A stretch of DNA of 64,000 bases, from contig NW_026515636.1 in the NCBI RefSeq assembly GCF_000738915.1, positions 211,175 to 275,174 on the forward strand. The letters run 5' to 3'. This document shows, piece by piece, positions 42,769 through 51,988 of the stretch. Both the position numbers and the translations under genes were made by a program. Origin of the DNA: Nematocida ausubeli (lineage: Eukaryota). The notes under the pieces were generated by a model, which saw only the letters and a list, made by a program, of their open reading frames with translations, was not told the DNA's origin and made no database searches. The number at the start of each line of letters is the position of its first letter. Positions within the stretch are counted from its first letter, which is position 1.

Positions 42769-43737
42769 ATGGATACAGCAGAACCAAGTACAATTGATTA
42801 TTATAATATGCCGCCACCTTCATATAATGATGCTGTTACAATGAATCCTGTTGTATATGCTTATTATCTGCCGCCTCCAAATTATCACGAAGTAATTGCA
42901 GGATATATTAATACTAGGCCTACACTCGTTGGCGCAATGGAAAATCAGTTTAATCCAAACCCTAATGCACCCAGAAATACCCCAAATAGTTTTCGTTTTG
43001 ACACGGACTATGGATACGATGGAGACATGGACAAGAATTCAGTTATATTCAATGGGCATGAATATTTTGACCTGTCTGCTATCTTTGTCTTGGTAATATA
43101 CAATCTACCGCTGTACGTTATTGGACCATTTATTTATTCTGGACTATTTGACCACATTGCAAAGGTGCTTATTGGAGGGAGTATTGGGTTCCCAAATGGC
43201 TTGGAGTCAGAGGATAAATACATTGCACTTTCGTACGGTACATTAATCGTGTGCTTCCAAATTATTAAGTCAATTGTTTATTTCCTTTTTGGGAGATTCA
43301 GTTATTTAAAGGCATTTTCAAGCAAGCTTCATCTTACTGTGAATATGTCAGTGGGAATGAGCCTAGTTATATTCTTCTTGAATATTTCTATGCTTAGAAT
43401 GAGCTATGTTTTAATTGGGCTCTGCACAGGATTTAAAATTGGCTTTATATCAGGGTATCTAGTAGACCTAGAATACGCAATGATTCTATTTGTATACTTA
43501 TTCATGTGTGTGCACTGTGCCCAGAGCATGTTTAAATTTGTCAGTAGATGGGATGGAGTTTATTACAGAACAACTGAATTTTTCAGTGACTCTACCCTCT
43601 ACCAAATAAGAGTATACATCCTTTTCTCTTTATTCCTGTGTATCCTGTGGCTATTAGGCTGTTCTACATTGATTTATGACGTAGCATTGAATATTGTCCA
43701 GTTATTGGGCTCTTTACAGAACAAGCACAGAGTGTAA
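42769..43737 (+). CDS. Multi-pass membrane protein with two N-terminal PPxY motifs
   Basis: ATG 42769 (MDTAEP; the ORF track uses TTG 42679); PPPSY and PPPNY; about 6 hydrophobic helices. Confidence 0.75.
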   Translation: MDTAEPSTIDYYNMPPPSYNDAVTMNPVVYAYYLPPPNYHEVIAGYINTRPTLVGAMENQFNPNPNAPRNTPNSFRFDTDYGYDGDMDKNSVIFNGHEYFDLSAIFVLVIYNLPLYVIGPFIYSGLFDHIAKVLIGGSIGFPNGLESEDKYIALSYGTLIVCFQIIKSIVYFLFGRFSYLKAFSSKLHLTVNMSVGMSLVIFFLNISMLRMSYVLIGLCTGFKIGFISGYLVDLEYAMILFVYLFMCVHCAQSMFKFVSRWDGVYYRTTEFFSDSTLYQIRVYILFSLFLCILWLLGCSTLIYDVALNIVQLLGSLQNKHRV

Positions 43738-44755
43738 CAGGACAAGACGCATATATTCAGTTAATTACGCATAGATTCAGCTAAATGCTCCTTTATTCCC
43801 ACAAGAACACATTTCCACATGTAAATTATAACGTATTTTCATATAACTCGTTATAAACCATAAGAAAAAAGCCATATTTCTCTTATGTTATATGTAGTCT
43901 ACTAAATACTCACTTTTCACTGCACAAATTCCATAATAAAATGACCCTCAATGAATTTCATCCAACCCGAATAGCCCAACCCTCTCAATAACCCCATACT
44001 ATTTCTACCATATATATAATTAGAGTTATTTATAGTCTCATAAGAAATTTCTCCCAATGGAATTTTTCAAAGTGGAAAAAGTTATGTCTCTTCTAAAGGA
44101 TCTTTCCAAAAATTCCAAAGAATTCCAAAAAATTCAAGTTTCCATCCAAAACTTATTACTCTTTCATAAATATCCATCCACATGAATTCTTCAAATATAT
44201 TTATGCACAAAAATTATTACATACCAAACTTAACAAGAATAACCCGAATTACAAATAGACTAATTACATGGTATGCAGAATATATTATTCGGGCTAGTTT
44301 ACATCGGGATATATTAGAATTTACAGTGGTTTTTAGTGGTGTTTGGTAGTAGTTTTGTGTTAGGTGAGGGTTTACAGTATTTCAACAGTTATTTGGTGAG
44401 TTTTTATAGTGTTTTAGTGGTTTAATTGGTTTTACTTGTGTTTTACAGCATTTACTCCTTAAACACTCAAACAATCCTAATTAGTCCATTATATACCTCC
44501 TAATCCCCAAAACACTCAAAAAAATACACGAATTTCAACAATATTCCCAAAACACACCAAATCCAACAATATTCACCAAATATCCCCTACAAAACACCAC
44601 TAAATTCAACCATATTCACAATATCCCCTACAAATTTCACTCAAATAACTCCTACAAACTTCACTCAAATATATGTTCTAAAAGTGTCATATAAAATTCC
44701 TCAAAAATCAATAATATTCCGCATATAAGCAATAAAATATTTTTCAAATATTTTC

Positions 44756-46075
44756 ATGTTGCAAATACACAACTCAAAGATAGTCAGCAGCAACAGATTC
44801 ACAGACACAAAGATGGCTATGCTAGCCATAGCATCCGCACTAATATTTATTACATTCTGTCTAATTAGTCCAATCCCAGGCCCCATTAAAAATATATACA
44901 AATTAGACACAGATAACTTTAAACTAGAAATGTTCGGGCTAGCATTAATTTTATTAGGGGTATATATTATACCCTTATTCGTAATTGTCTTATATAATAT
45001 ATTTCCCACTGCAATGATCTATATTAATTGCGCAATTTCCCTAATTATGGCCGCAGCTTCCGTTATGTTGTCAATTTCAGTAAATAACCTGGGTAGCGCC
45101 TTTTCAGCCCTACTGCTCTTCATGGCAATGGTATTCTTTGTATACAGAATCATTAAGGCCCGTAGGATTGTCAGGAAATTAATTAAAATTGCAACGAACA
45201 TAATACTACTAAACATACAAGCGTACACTGCAGCATGTATATCATGCATACTTACAACAGCAATATGTGTATACACAGCTACACTACTACTTTCATATTG
45301 TTTTACACCACAAGGATCCAATGAAATGATACTTATTAAGGTGTTGTATGCTATTATGTCTTGTGTACTAATGGTAATATACGTTGGTAATTGCATCGTT
45401 GTATTTTATGCTAAAGTAGCGCACCAGCACATGCTAAACCTGGCAAACCCAAAAGAGTACACTAGAAATACCTTAGTAGCAGGCGTAACTAGGGTTATTT
45501 TGTCAACTGGTACTATTTTTATTGCATCCCTGTTGAAGTTTGTCATATCCTTGACCAGATATCTAACAAAGCGGTCTTATAATAATAACAGGAGAGCTGG
45601 TGGTGGCTTATTTGTTTCCTTCATTCTATTTATTGTACTTTTAGTTATAAGCCTGTTGGAATTACTGGTTGAAGAGTTAAATAGTTACTGCTTAGTGTAC
45701 AATGCCTTATTTGGTACTAAATTTAGTCACTCCATGAAGCATGCATTCCATGAGTTTAAAAAGTACGTTGTAAGTTGCTATTTAAATATGGCTAGTATAT
45801 GCATTATACCCATGATGGTATTTGCGTCTTCGGCTATGGTATATAATATGCATTATATAACCAGATTATTTAGTGTATATAGCCTGCATGCACAGAATTA
45901 CAATGGTCTTGGTCTAGTATGGGGAATATATGCAGTGGCATTAGGTGGGTCACTGATGACTGTGCCCATGGTACGTGGTATACTAATTGCAGTGTACTTT
46001 ATACAGCACGCAGACACAGAATTAGTCGAGAAGGCATACCCTAAGTATATTATAAAAGAAGGGGCAGTGTTTTAG
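44756..46075 (+). CDS. Choline transporter-like (CTL/SLC44/Pns1) membrane protein
   Basis: About 10 TM helices; N-terminal 'RFTD'; 'ILSTGTIFIASLL' and 'LELLVEELNSYCLVYNALFGTKFSHSMKHAF' match CTL motifs (S.GSi.fGSL; N.yay...aiyG..F..sak.af). Confidence 0.75.
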   Translation: MLQIHNSKIVSSNRFTDTKMAMLAIASALIFITFCLISPIPGPIKNIYKLDTDNFKLEMFGLALILLGVYIIPLFVIVLYNIFPTAMIYINCAISLIMAAASVMLSISVNNLGSAFSALLLFMAMVFFVYRIIKARRIVRKLIKIATNIILLNIQAYTAACISCILTTAICVYTATLLLSYCFTPQGSNEMILIKVLYAIMSCVLMVIYVGNCIVVFYAKVAHQHMLNLANPKEYTRNTLVAGVTRVILSTGTIFIASLLKFVISLTRYLTKRSYNNNRRAGGGLFVSFILFIVLLVISLLELLVEELNSYCLVYNALFGTKFSHSMKHAFHEFKKYVVSCYLNMASICIIPMMVFASSAMVYNMHYITRLFSVYSLHAQNYNGLGLVWGIYAVALGGSLMTVPMVRGILIAVYFIQHADTELVEKAYPKYIIKEGAVF

Positions 46076-46129
46076 CAGAGTATAACGTATAAGAGGATAG
46101 AATTAATAAAGGTATTTATTATTAGTAGT

Positions 46130-46420
46130 AGTGTGTTGTAATTAGACTATTATTAGTATTAGTGTGTTATATTTAGTGTATACTGTTGTATTTAGTGCAT
46201 ACTGTTGTAATTAGCAATATTACGGGTTGTATTTAGTGTATACTGTTGTGTTTGTGACTAGCTTATACTATATATATGTTACTGTTATAATTAGTCTATA
46301 CTGACAGTGTCTATATAGTAGCAATTTTAAATAAATTTTTATCTTTAGTTTTCTTAGTGGGCAGTAGTATACTCTGTTATAATTAGTATACTCTGTTATA
46401 ATATAGACTAATAATATATT
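46130..46420. repeat. TTAGT(A/G)TATACT / GTTATAATATAGACTAA repeat cluster
   Basis: TATTTAGTGTATACTGTTGT twice; AGTATACTCTGTTATAAT twice. Confidence 0.75.
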
Positions 46421-46450
46421 CAAATTAAATATAATTTATTCCTGTATACT

Positions 46451-48061
46451 TTAGTTGTATACCCTAATATATTCTGTATATTCAAATAAGATATCCTTAT
46501 AAATATAACCTATACATAACACACTAATTATACATAATATAATCAGTACAAATAATATATTTTTATAGCATTTTCCCTGACGGGTCATCTCTTTCTTCTT
46601 CTTTACTAAGATGGAGTATTCTGACGGTTTACCCTTTCTGGGTGCTACTAAAGTATTCCCATAGAATAATGTATTTTTATATTCATTCATAAAGGGACCA
46701 GGGCACTTAATAGTATCCTGTATATAATCTGGACTAATTATTGGATTAGTCTGTTCGTATACGGGGGTCTTAGTCTCCTCATATACAGGAATATATACTG
46801 GTGACACATTCCTGTTGGAATCACTTGAATTAGTCACCTCATACACGGGGGTAGTAAGTGGAGTACTAGTCACATTGTATACAGGGGAGTTAGTCCTTTC
46901 ATATACAGGAGAGTTAGTCTGGTTGTATACAGGAGAGTTAGTTCCCTCACTTAACGGGCTATCTGACACCTCACTCAACGGGCTATTAGTCTCCTCACTC
47001 AGCGGGCTATTAGTCTCCTCACTCAGCGGGCTATTAGTCTCCTCACTCGACGGGCTATTAGTATGTTCACTCAATGGGCTATTAGTCTGTTCATCTAACG
47101 GGCTATCTGACACCTCTGACCCACTTCCTGTCTTTTGGATATTCCTGGGGCGTGCTTTTGTTTCGTATTCAATTTCCATTGCCTTTCTGCGTATATTTTG
47201 AATTACGTCACTGTATGTGGGTTTAACTGGGACTTCTTTGATTTTTATGGAAGTGCATTCGTATTCATCTGCTGATGAATCTTCTGAGAATGAGTCTAGA
47301 TTTCTGTATATACAGCTGGTTCTGGGTATATAAGGGCTATGTTTTATTTCAGCTTCATGAATATTTTCACTGGAAACCATTGAAATATGGTCTCTCAGGG
47401 TGTGTGAAGACGGTATTTGTATTGCACTGGGCATTCTGAATTGCATACTTTCTTTGGGGCCTGCTGGGACCAAGAAATCTTCCTCTTTGTGCAATTTCTG
47501 GTTTATCAGGATTTCTTGCTCAAGCTCATTTGGAAGTCTTATATGGGGCATGGAAGATGCATTTTCCGTGTAGCACCCTGCAAATGCCTGGATAATCATC
47601 CTTTTAAGCTCACTTACAAGCTCAAAATCACCACCTTTTATTGAATCTTGCGAGATATATTTTTGCACCTCTCGGATGATCGGGTTTTCCGGAATTACAA
47701 GCTCATTCGACAACCTCACCTTAATTGCTTCAATCAGTACGATTAGATCAATGGACGCCTTCCTTATCTTCAATAATTCCTCCTGAGAATGGTTTAATGG
47801 TATATCTCGGGTTATATCGGGTTTTCTATCTAGACCAAATACACTGCGGTATACAGGATCAATTATTTCTAAAATAAAAAAATTAATCTGTCTAAACCTG
47901 TCCAGCAATCTATTCTTTAACTGAAGGTTTTCTTTTTCTTGAAATAATATTTCCAAAATCTCAAAGCATAAGTCATCTAGTCTTGCTGCATTAATTGTAT
48001 ATTCCAGCTTCAAGTCATTTCTGGTTATAGTTTTATTTGCGTCTTCCTGAAATATTTCCAT
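46451..48061 (-). CDS. Hypothetical tail-anchored protein with NSPLSEET repeats
   Basis: 536-aa ORF; single C-terminal TM ILFVLIILCIISVLCIGYIY; internal 8-aa repeats. Confidence 0.78.
   Translation of the reverse strand: MEIFQEDANKTITRNDLKLEYTINAARLDDLCFEILEILFQEKENLQLKNRLLDRFRQINFFILEIIDPVYRSVFGLDRKPDITRDIPLNHSQEELLKIRKASIDLIVLIEAIKVRLSNELVIPENPIIREVQKYISQDSIKGGDFELVSELKRMIIQAFAGCYTENASSMPHIRLPNELEQEILINQKLHKEEDFLVPAGPKESMQFRMPSAIQIPSSHTLRDHISMVSSENIHEAEIKHSPYIPRTSCIYRNLDSFSEDSSADEYECTSIKIKEVPVKPTYSDVIQNIRRKAMEIEYETKARPRNIQKTGSGSEVSDSPLDEQTNSPLSEHTNSPSSEETNSPLSEETNSPLSEETNSPLSEVSDSPLSEGTNSPVYNQTNSPVYERTNSPVYNVTSTPLTTPVYEVTNSSDSNRNVSPVYIPVYEETKTPVYEQTNPIISPDYIQDTIKCPGPFMNEYKNTLFYGNTLVAPRKGKPSEYSILVKKKKEMTRQGKCYKNILFVLIILCIISVLCIGYIYKDILFEYTEYIRVYN
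46860..47120 (-). repeat. 24-bp coding tandem repeat (T-N-S-P-L/V-S/Y-E-E/Q)
   Basis: GGCTATTAGTCTCCTCACTC recurs at a 24-nt period (46981, 47005, 47029). Confidence 0.9.
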
Positions 48062-48228
48062 ATTATAATTTATATATGTGGAATATATATACTAATTAAG
48101 ATTTCCTTTTTGGGCAATTAATTAAAATTTCCTAATTGGGAAACCAATTAATATTTCCTTATTGGGAAATACGAAATACGCAGGGGTAATAGTGGGTATT
48201 TGTGGGATATAGGGTTTATTCGGGCTAT

Positions 48229-48465
48229 TAGTGGATTAAGTTTTGGTAAAGTGGATTAAGTTCTGCCAGTTTTGTGTTAGAGTGGATTAAGTTCTGTCAT
48301 TGTGTCATAAGTCTTGTCATTTTTAGACTAAGGTGGACTAAGTCTTGTCCTCCACGTATTAAGTTTTGTCACAGTGGAAATAGTCTTGTCATTTTTAGAC
48401 TAAAGTGGATTAAGTCCTGTTCTCCGCGTAATATATTCTGCACCAAGTGGATTAAGTCTTGTCAC
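48229..48465. repeat. GGATTAAG repeat cluster F (intergenic)
   Basis: About 10 copies, e.g. GTGGATTAAG at 48231, 48251, 48282, 48405 and 48447. Confidence 0.9.
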
Positions 48466-48481
48466 CAGTATAAATATTTTA

Positions 48482-49549
48482 TTATGCCCAGTATACGTTA
48501 TATTTATAATTGCAGTAGTATATAACTGTAAGTATAATTAATAGTATAATTATATCTGTAATAATATGGTATATTATTGTCTTCGGGTTATCTTGGGTTA
48601 TAATCGGGTTATCTTGGGCTATGTCATACTCATTAGGCTGTATACTGTATACTTTTATATCTGGCTTATATCTTGTTGTAATTGGTCTATCATATAATAT
48701 AAATTGGTCATAATAATCTAGTGGTGGATTAAGTCCTGCAGTACTGGGAATATATTCTGTCATAAGTGGAATAAGCTCTGGTGAATGTGGATTAAGTATT
48801 GTAGTGGGTGGATTAAGTCTTGCCCTCCTTGGATTAAATCTTGTCCTCCTTGGATTAAGTCCTGCACTAGATTGATTAAGTCTTGTTCTCTGCGTATTAA
48901 GTCCTGCACTGGGTGGATTAAGTCTTGCACTTGGCGTATTAAGTCTTATAGTGGGTATATTAAGTCCTGCTCTCTGCGTATTAAGTCCTGCCCTGGGTGG
49001 AGATAGTTCTGCCCTATTATGAACTGCATATCCTGCAGTAATATCCATATTAGAGGTAAGTTCGCCCCTAGTGTCGTTATTTATTACTTTTTTAACTAAT
49101 TCTTCCAAATTTTCTTCAGAATCAAAATCAATTTCATTAAATAATTTAAAAACTTCTTCTTTAAATGTACTTAACAATTCTTTCTTAATTAATTCTAACT
49201 GTCTTATTCTTTCTGTGGTATACTTTTCCGTTACATTTTCATTAATTAGTTTAATTAATTTTTGATTCTTTTTTAAGCCATGCAGAATATATGACACTAT
49301 GTGTAACAAGTCTTGACTGACTACTGCTTCATTCTTTAAGGAATTAATTGAATCGTCCGTTATTTCTTGTGTCAGGTAAATTTTGTTAAATGGAAAATCA
49401 TTAAAATTCCCATTAAAATCAAAACAAACTAGGTTTAATTTGTTAAATACGTTAGAATACTGATTTAACAACAAAAGTGCAAAGAAATCCTCGGAAATAC
49501 GGTTAATTTTTGCAGGATTAAAAATATATTTACTTCCTCTTTGGGACAT
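48482..49549 (-). CDS. Hypothetical tail-anchored protein containing 13 in-frame 21-nt GGATTAAG-family units
   Basis: 355-aa ORF; helical N-terminus; (A/T)(G/R)LN(P/T) heptapeptide repeats; C-terminal TM IIILLIILTVIYYC. Confidence 0.7.
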   Translation of the reverse strand: MSQRGSKYIFNPAKINRISEDFFALLLLNQYSNVFNKLNLVCFDFNGNFNDFPFNKIYLTQEITDDSINSLKNEAVVSQDLLHIVSYILHGLKKNQKLIKLINENVTEKYTTERIRQLELIKKELLSTFKEEVFKLFNEIDFDSEENLEELVKKVINNDTRGELTSNMDITAGYAVHNRAELSPPRAGLNTQRAGLNIPTIRLNTPSARLNPPSAGLNTQRTRLNQSSAGLNPRRTRFNPRRARLNPPTTILNPHSPELIPLMTEYIPSTAGLNPPLDYYDQFILYDRPITTRYKPDIKVYSIQPNEYDIAQDNPIITQDNPKTIIYHIITDIIILLIILTVIYYCNYKYNVYWA

Positions 49550-49586
49550 AATAATTAAAAAAATAAAACATTTTATTATTTATAAA

Positions 49587-50230
49587 CGGATTAAGTCTTG
49601 TCTGTTTTGGGAATTAGTGGATAAAGTCTTGGTAAAGTGGACAGGACTTATGATATATGATGTAATAAGTATTGCACTATTGGGCAATAAGTTTTGGCAA
49701 AATGGAATAAGTCTTGTCACTCTTTGTATAAAGTGTAATAAGTCTTGTCATATTCACCAGAACTTATTATACCATGTATCATAAGTCCTGTTCATTTTGT
49801 CATTACTTATTACACATAGTGTATTAATTAATATTCTAATATATGGCTAATTACAACACAATTTACACCAAGACTTAGTACACATAGTATATTAAGTCCT
49901 GACAAATATTACATTACTTATTCCACTACTGCCATAAGTTATGTCTATTCTGACATTACTTTTTCCTTCACTACCATAAGTTGTGCACAGATTAATTAAT
50001 AAATTACAACACAATTCTCACTAAAACTTAATCCACACATACCATAAATAATTTCACAAATTACATTACTTATTCCACCAGTGTAAAAACTTCTGTCCAT
50101 ATTACATGTATATTTACAACACAATCTCCTCCATTACTTATTTCCCTAGTGCCATAAATTATGTCCAAAATAACAAGACTTAATCCACTAGTGTCATAAA
50201 TAATGCTATAAATTGCATTACTTATTACAC
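49587..50230. repeat. GGATTAAG repeat cluster G, forward copies followed by reverse copies
   Basis: GGATTAAGTCTTG/GGAATAAGTCTTG at 49588-49750, then ACTTAATCCAC/ACTTATTCCAC copies to 50230. Confidence 0.85.
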
Positions 50231-50266
50231 TTTAATTAATATATATTTTATTTTATTTTTATTTTT

Positions 50267-51556
50267 ATGGAAGACATAGAGTACAAGCTAAGGTTCCTAA
50301 TGAACTCAATGACCCTGACCGTTAACTCAGTGAAGTACGCAGAATCTGCAAAAAATCAGTTGGAATTCATTAAGAAATTCAAAAATCAAAAAATTATCCA
50401 TTGTTTCATTAAGGATTCTCAACTGCCAATTATAACACCCTTAATGGGTCTGCCCATAAACCAAAATGAAACAAAGCACAAATTATTATTTTGTCAAATA
50501 GCCGTTGGAACACCGTTATTTTCTTCTTCAGAATACGCAATGAACTGTAAGACTCCTCACGGTTATGATTCTTTTTTAATTAGCAGCTCACAAGAACCAA
50601 TTGAAACTGTTATAAAAAATTTTAAAAAATTATCAAAAACAACAAACACGTTATCTTCTTACAGTTATGTTGTACCTGATATTAATAGAGTGTTAATATT
50701 AGGGGAAGTTGACTTTACATATGATATTCAGTTGGAAAATCATTATAAAAATAACGAACTCTGTGAAAATTGTAATACTTCCAATTCCGTTACTTTTTGT
50801 CTTGCAGAAAGGGCGGCATTCTGCAGTGATTGTGACAAATTATTCCATAATAACAATTTTACACAACGGCATTCTAGGTTTTATTTTAATGAAATTGGGA
50901 AAAAACGGTTTATTAATTGCAAATACCACAGTTCAACGGTCATTGACTATTTTTGCACGGATTGCAGTGTGCCTTTGTGTACTAATTGCAGGATTAACGA
51001 TAATTTGCACCAAAATCACAACTTAATAACGTATATTCAGGCATGTGATGATTTAAAAACAAAAATTTCTCAAGATCCCGAAATGGAAATAGTTTTAAAA
51101 AGAACAAATTCATTAATAACGGAAATTGAACAAGAAATTACACAATTTGAACAGGAAATAACAAAGACAAAGATGAAACTGCAATACGAATACGATACAT
51201 GCATGAATACACTTAATGACCTAGTGAAAAGGCGTTATCAAAATATTAATTCAAAATATTTCGAATGTAAATATCTAACGGAAATGGCAGTTAGAGGGAA
51301 GACGTATCCTAATGAGATTGATGCAAGCGTATTAGTGGAGAAGTGGAAGGTTATTTCTGATGTGAATAAAAATATTTCAAATATTGTATTACCAGATAAG
51401 GTAATATTTAATGAAATAACGGTAAAAGGGTCACTTTCCGTTGAATGTGCATCTGATAATTCTGGGTCTGTGGTGAGTGCACGGCAGGAGGATGACTTAG
51501 TCAGGAAGAGAACAGAGATGCTTCTGCGCGTCTCACAGTTCAAGACAAATGAATAA
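50267..51556 (+). CDS. B-box zinc-finger/coiled-coil protein with a degenerate ADP-ribosyltransferase-like N-terminal domain
   Basis: B-box1 CENC...FCLAERAAFCSDCDKLFH...HSR; B-box2 CKYH...YFCTDCSVPLCTNC...HQNH; followed by a coiled coil. Confidence 0.82.
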   Translation: MEDIEYKLRFLMNSMTLTVNSVKYAESAKNQLEFIKKFKNQKIIHCFIKDSQLPIITPLMGLPINQNETKHKLLFCQIAVGTPLFSSSEYAMNCKTPHGYDSFLISSSQEPIETVIKNFKKLSKTTNTLSSYSYVVPDINRVLILGEVDFTYDIQLENHYKNNELCENCNTSNSVTFCLAERAAFCSDCDKLFHNNNFTQRHSRFYFNEIGKKRFINCKYHSSTVIDYFCTDCSVPLCTNCRINDNLHQNHNLITYIQACDDLKTKISQDPEMEIVLKRTNSLITEIEQEITQFEQEITKTKMKLQYEYDTCMNTLNDLVKRRYQNINSKYFECKYLTEMAVRGKTYPNEIDASVLVEKWKVISDVNKNISNIVLPDKVIFNEITVKGSLSVECASDNSGSVVSARQEDDLVRKRTEMLLRVSQFKTNE

Positions 51557-51579
51557 ATGGTTATTTAGGTTATTATGCA

Positions 51580-51955
51580 TTACTTATTACGCAGAGGGCA
51601 GAACTTATTGCGCAGGGGACAGAATATATTATGCAGGTGATAAAATATATTACGCAGGTGACAGAATATATTACATGGGTGACAAGACTATTTACACTTA
51701 TTCCAAGACTTAATACACCCATCCCGAAAGTTACATAACTTAATCCACCCTAACCCAAAACTGACAAGACTTATGACACACTTACATAACTTAATCCACT
51801 TTGCCTAGACTTATTCCCAACAATACACAATTTAATCCATCCTATCCCGAAAGTAACAAGACTTAATCCACTCTATGCACAATATATTCCACTTTACCAC
51901 AATTTAATCCACTCTATACAAAATATATTCCCAATAATACAAAATATATTCCCAA
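51580..51955. repeat. GGATTAAG repeat cluster H (reverse orientation)
   Basis: (G)ACTTAATCCAC, GACAAGACT and AATATATTCC units at about 21-nt spacing. Confidence 0.88.
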
Positions 51956-51988
51956 TACTAAATAATACAATTACAACAGAAACTTATT

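Noticed and set aside
48274..48525. WIKSC-repeat ORFs (also 48785-49006, 57042-57233, 57049-57285)
   Set aside because: Translations of the DNA repeat, mostly with non-ATG starts; no independent coding evidence.
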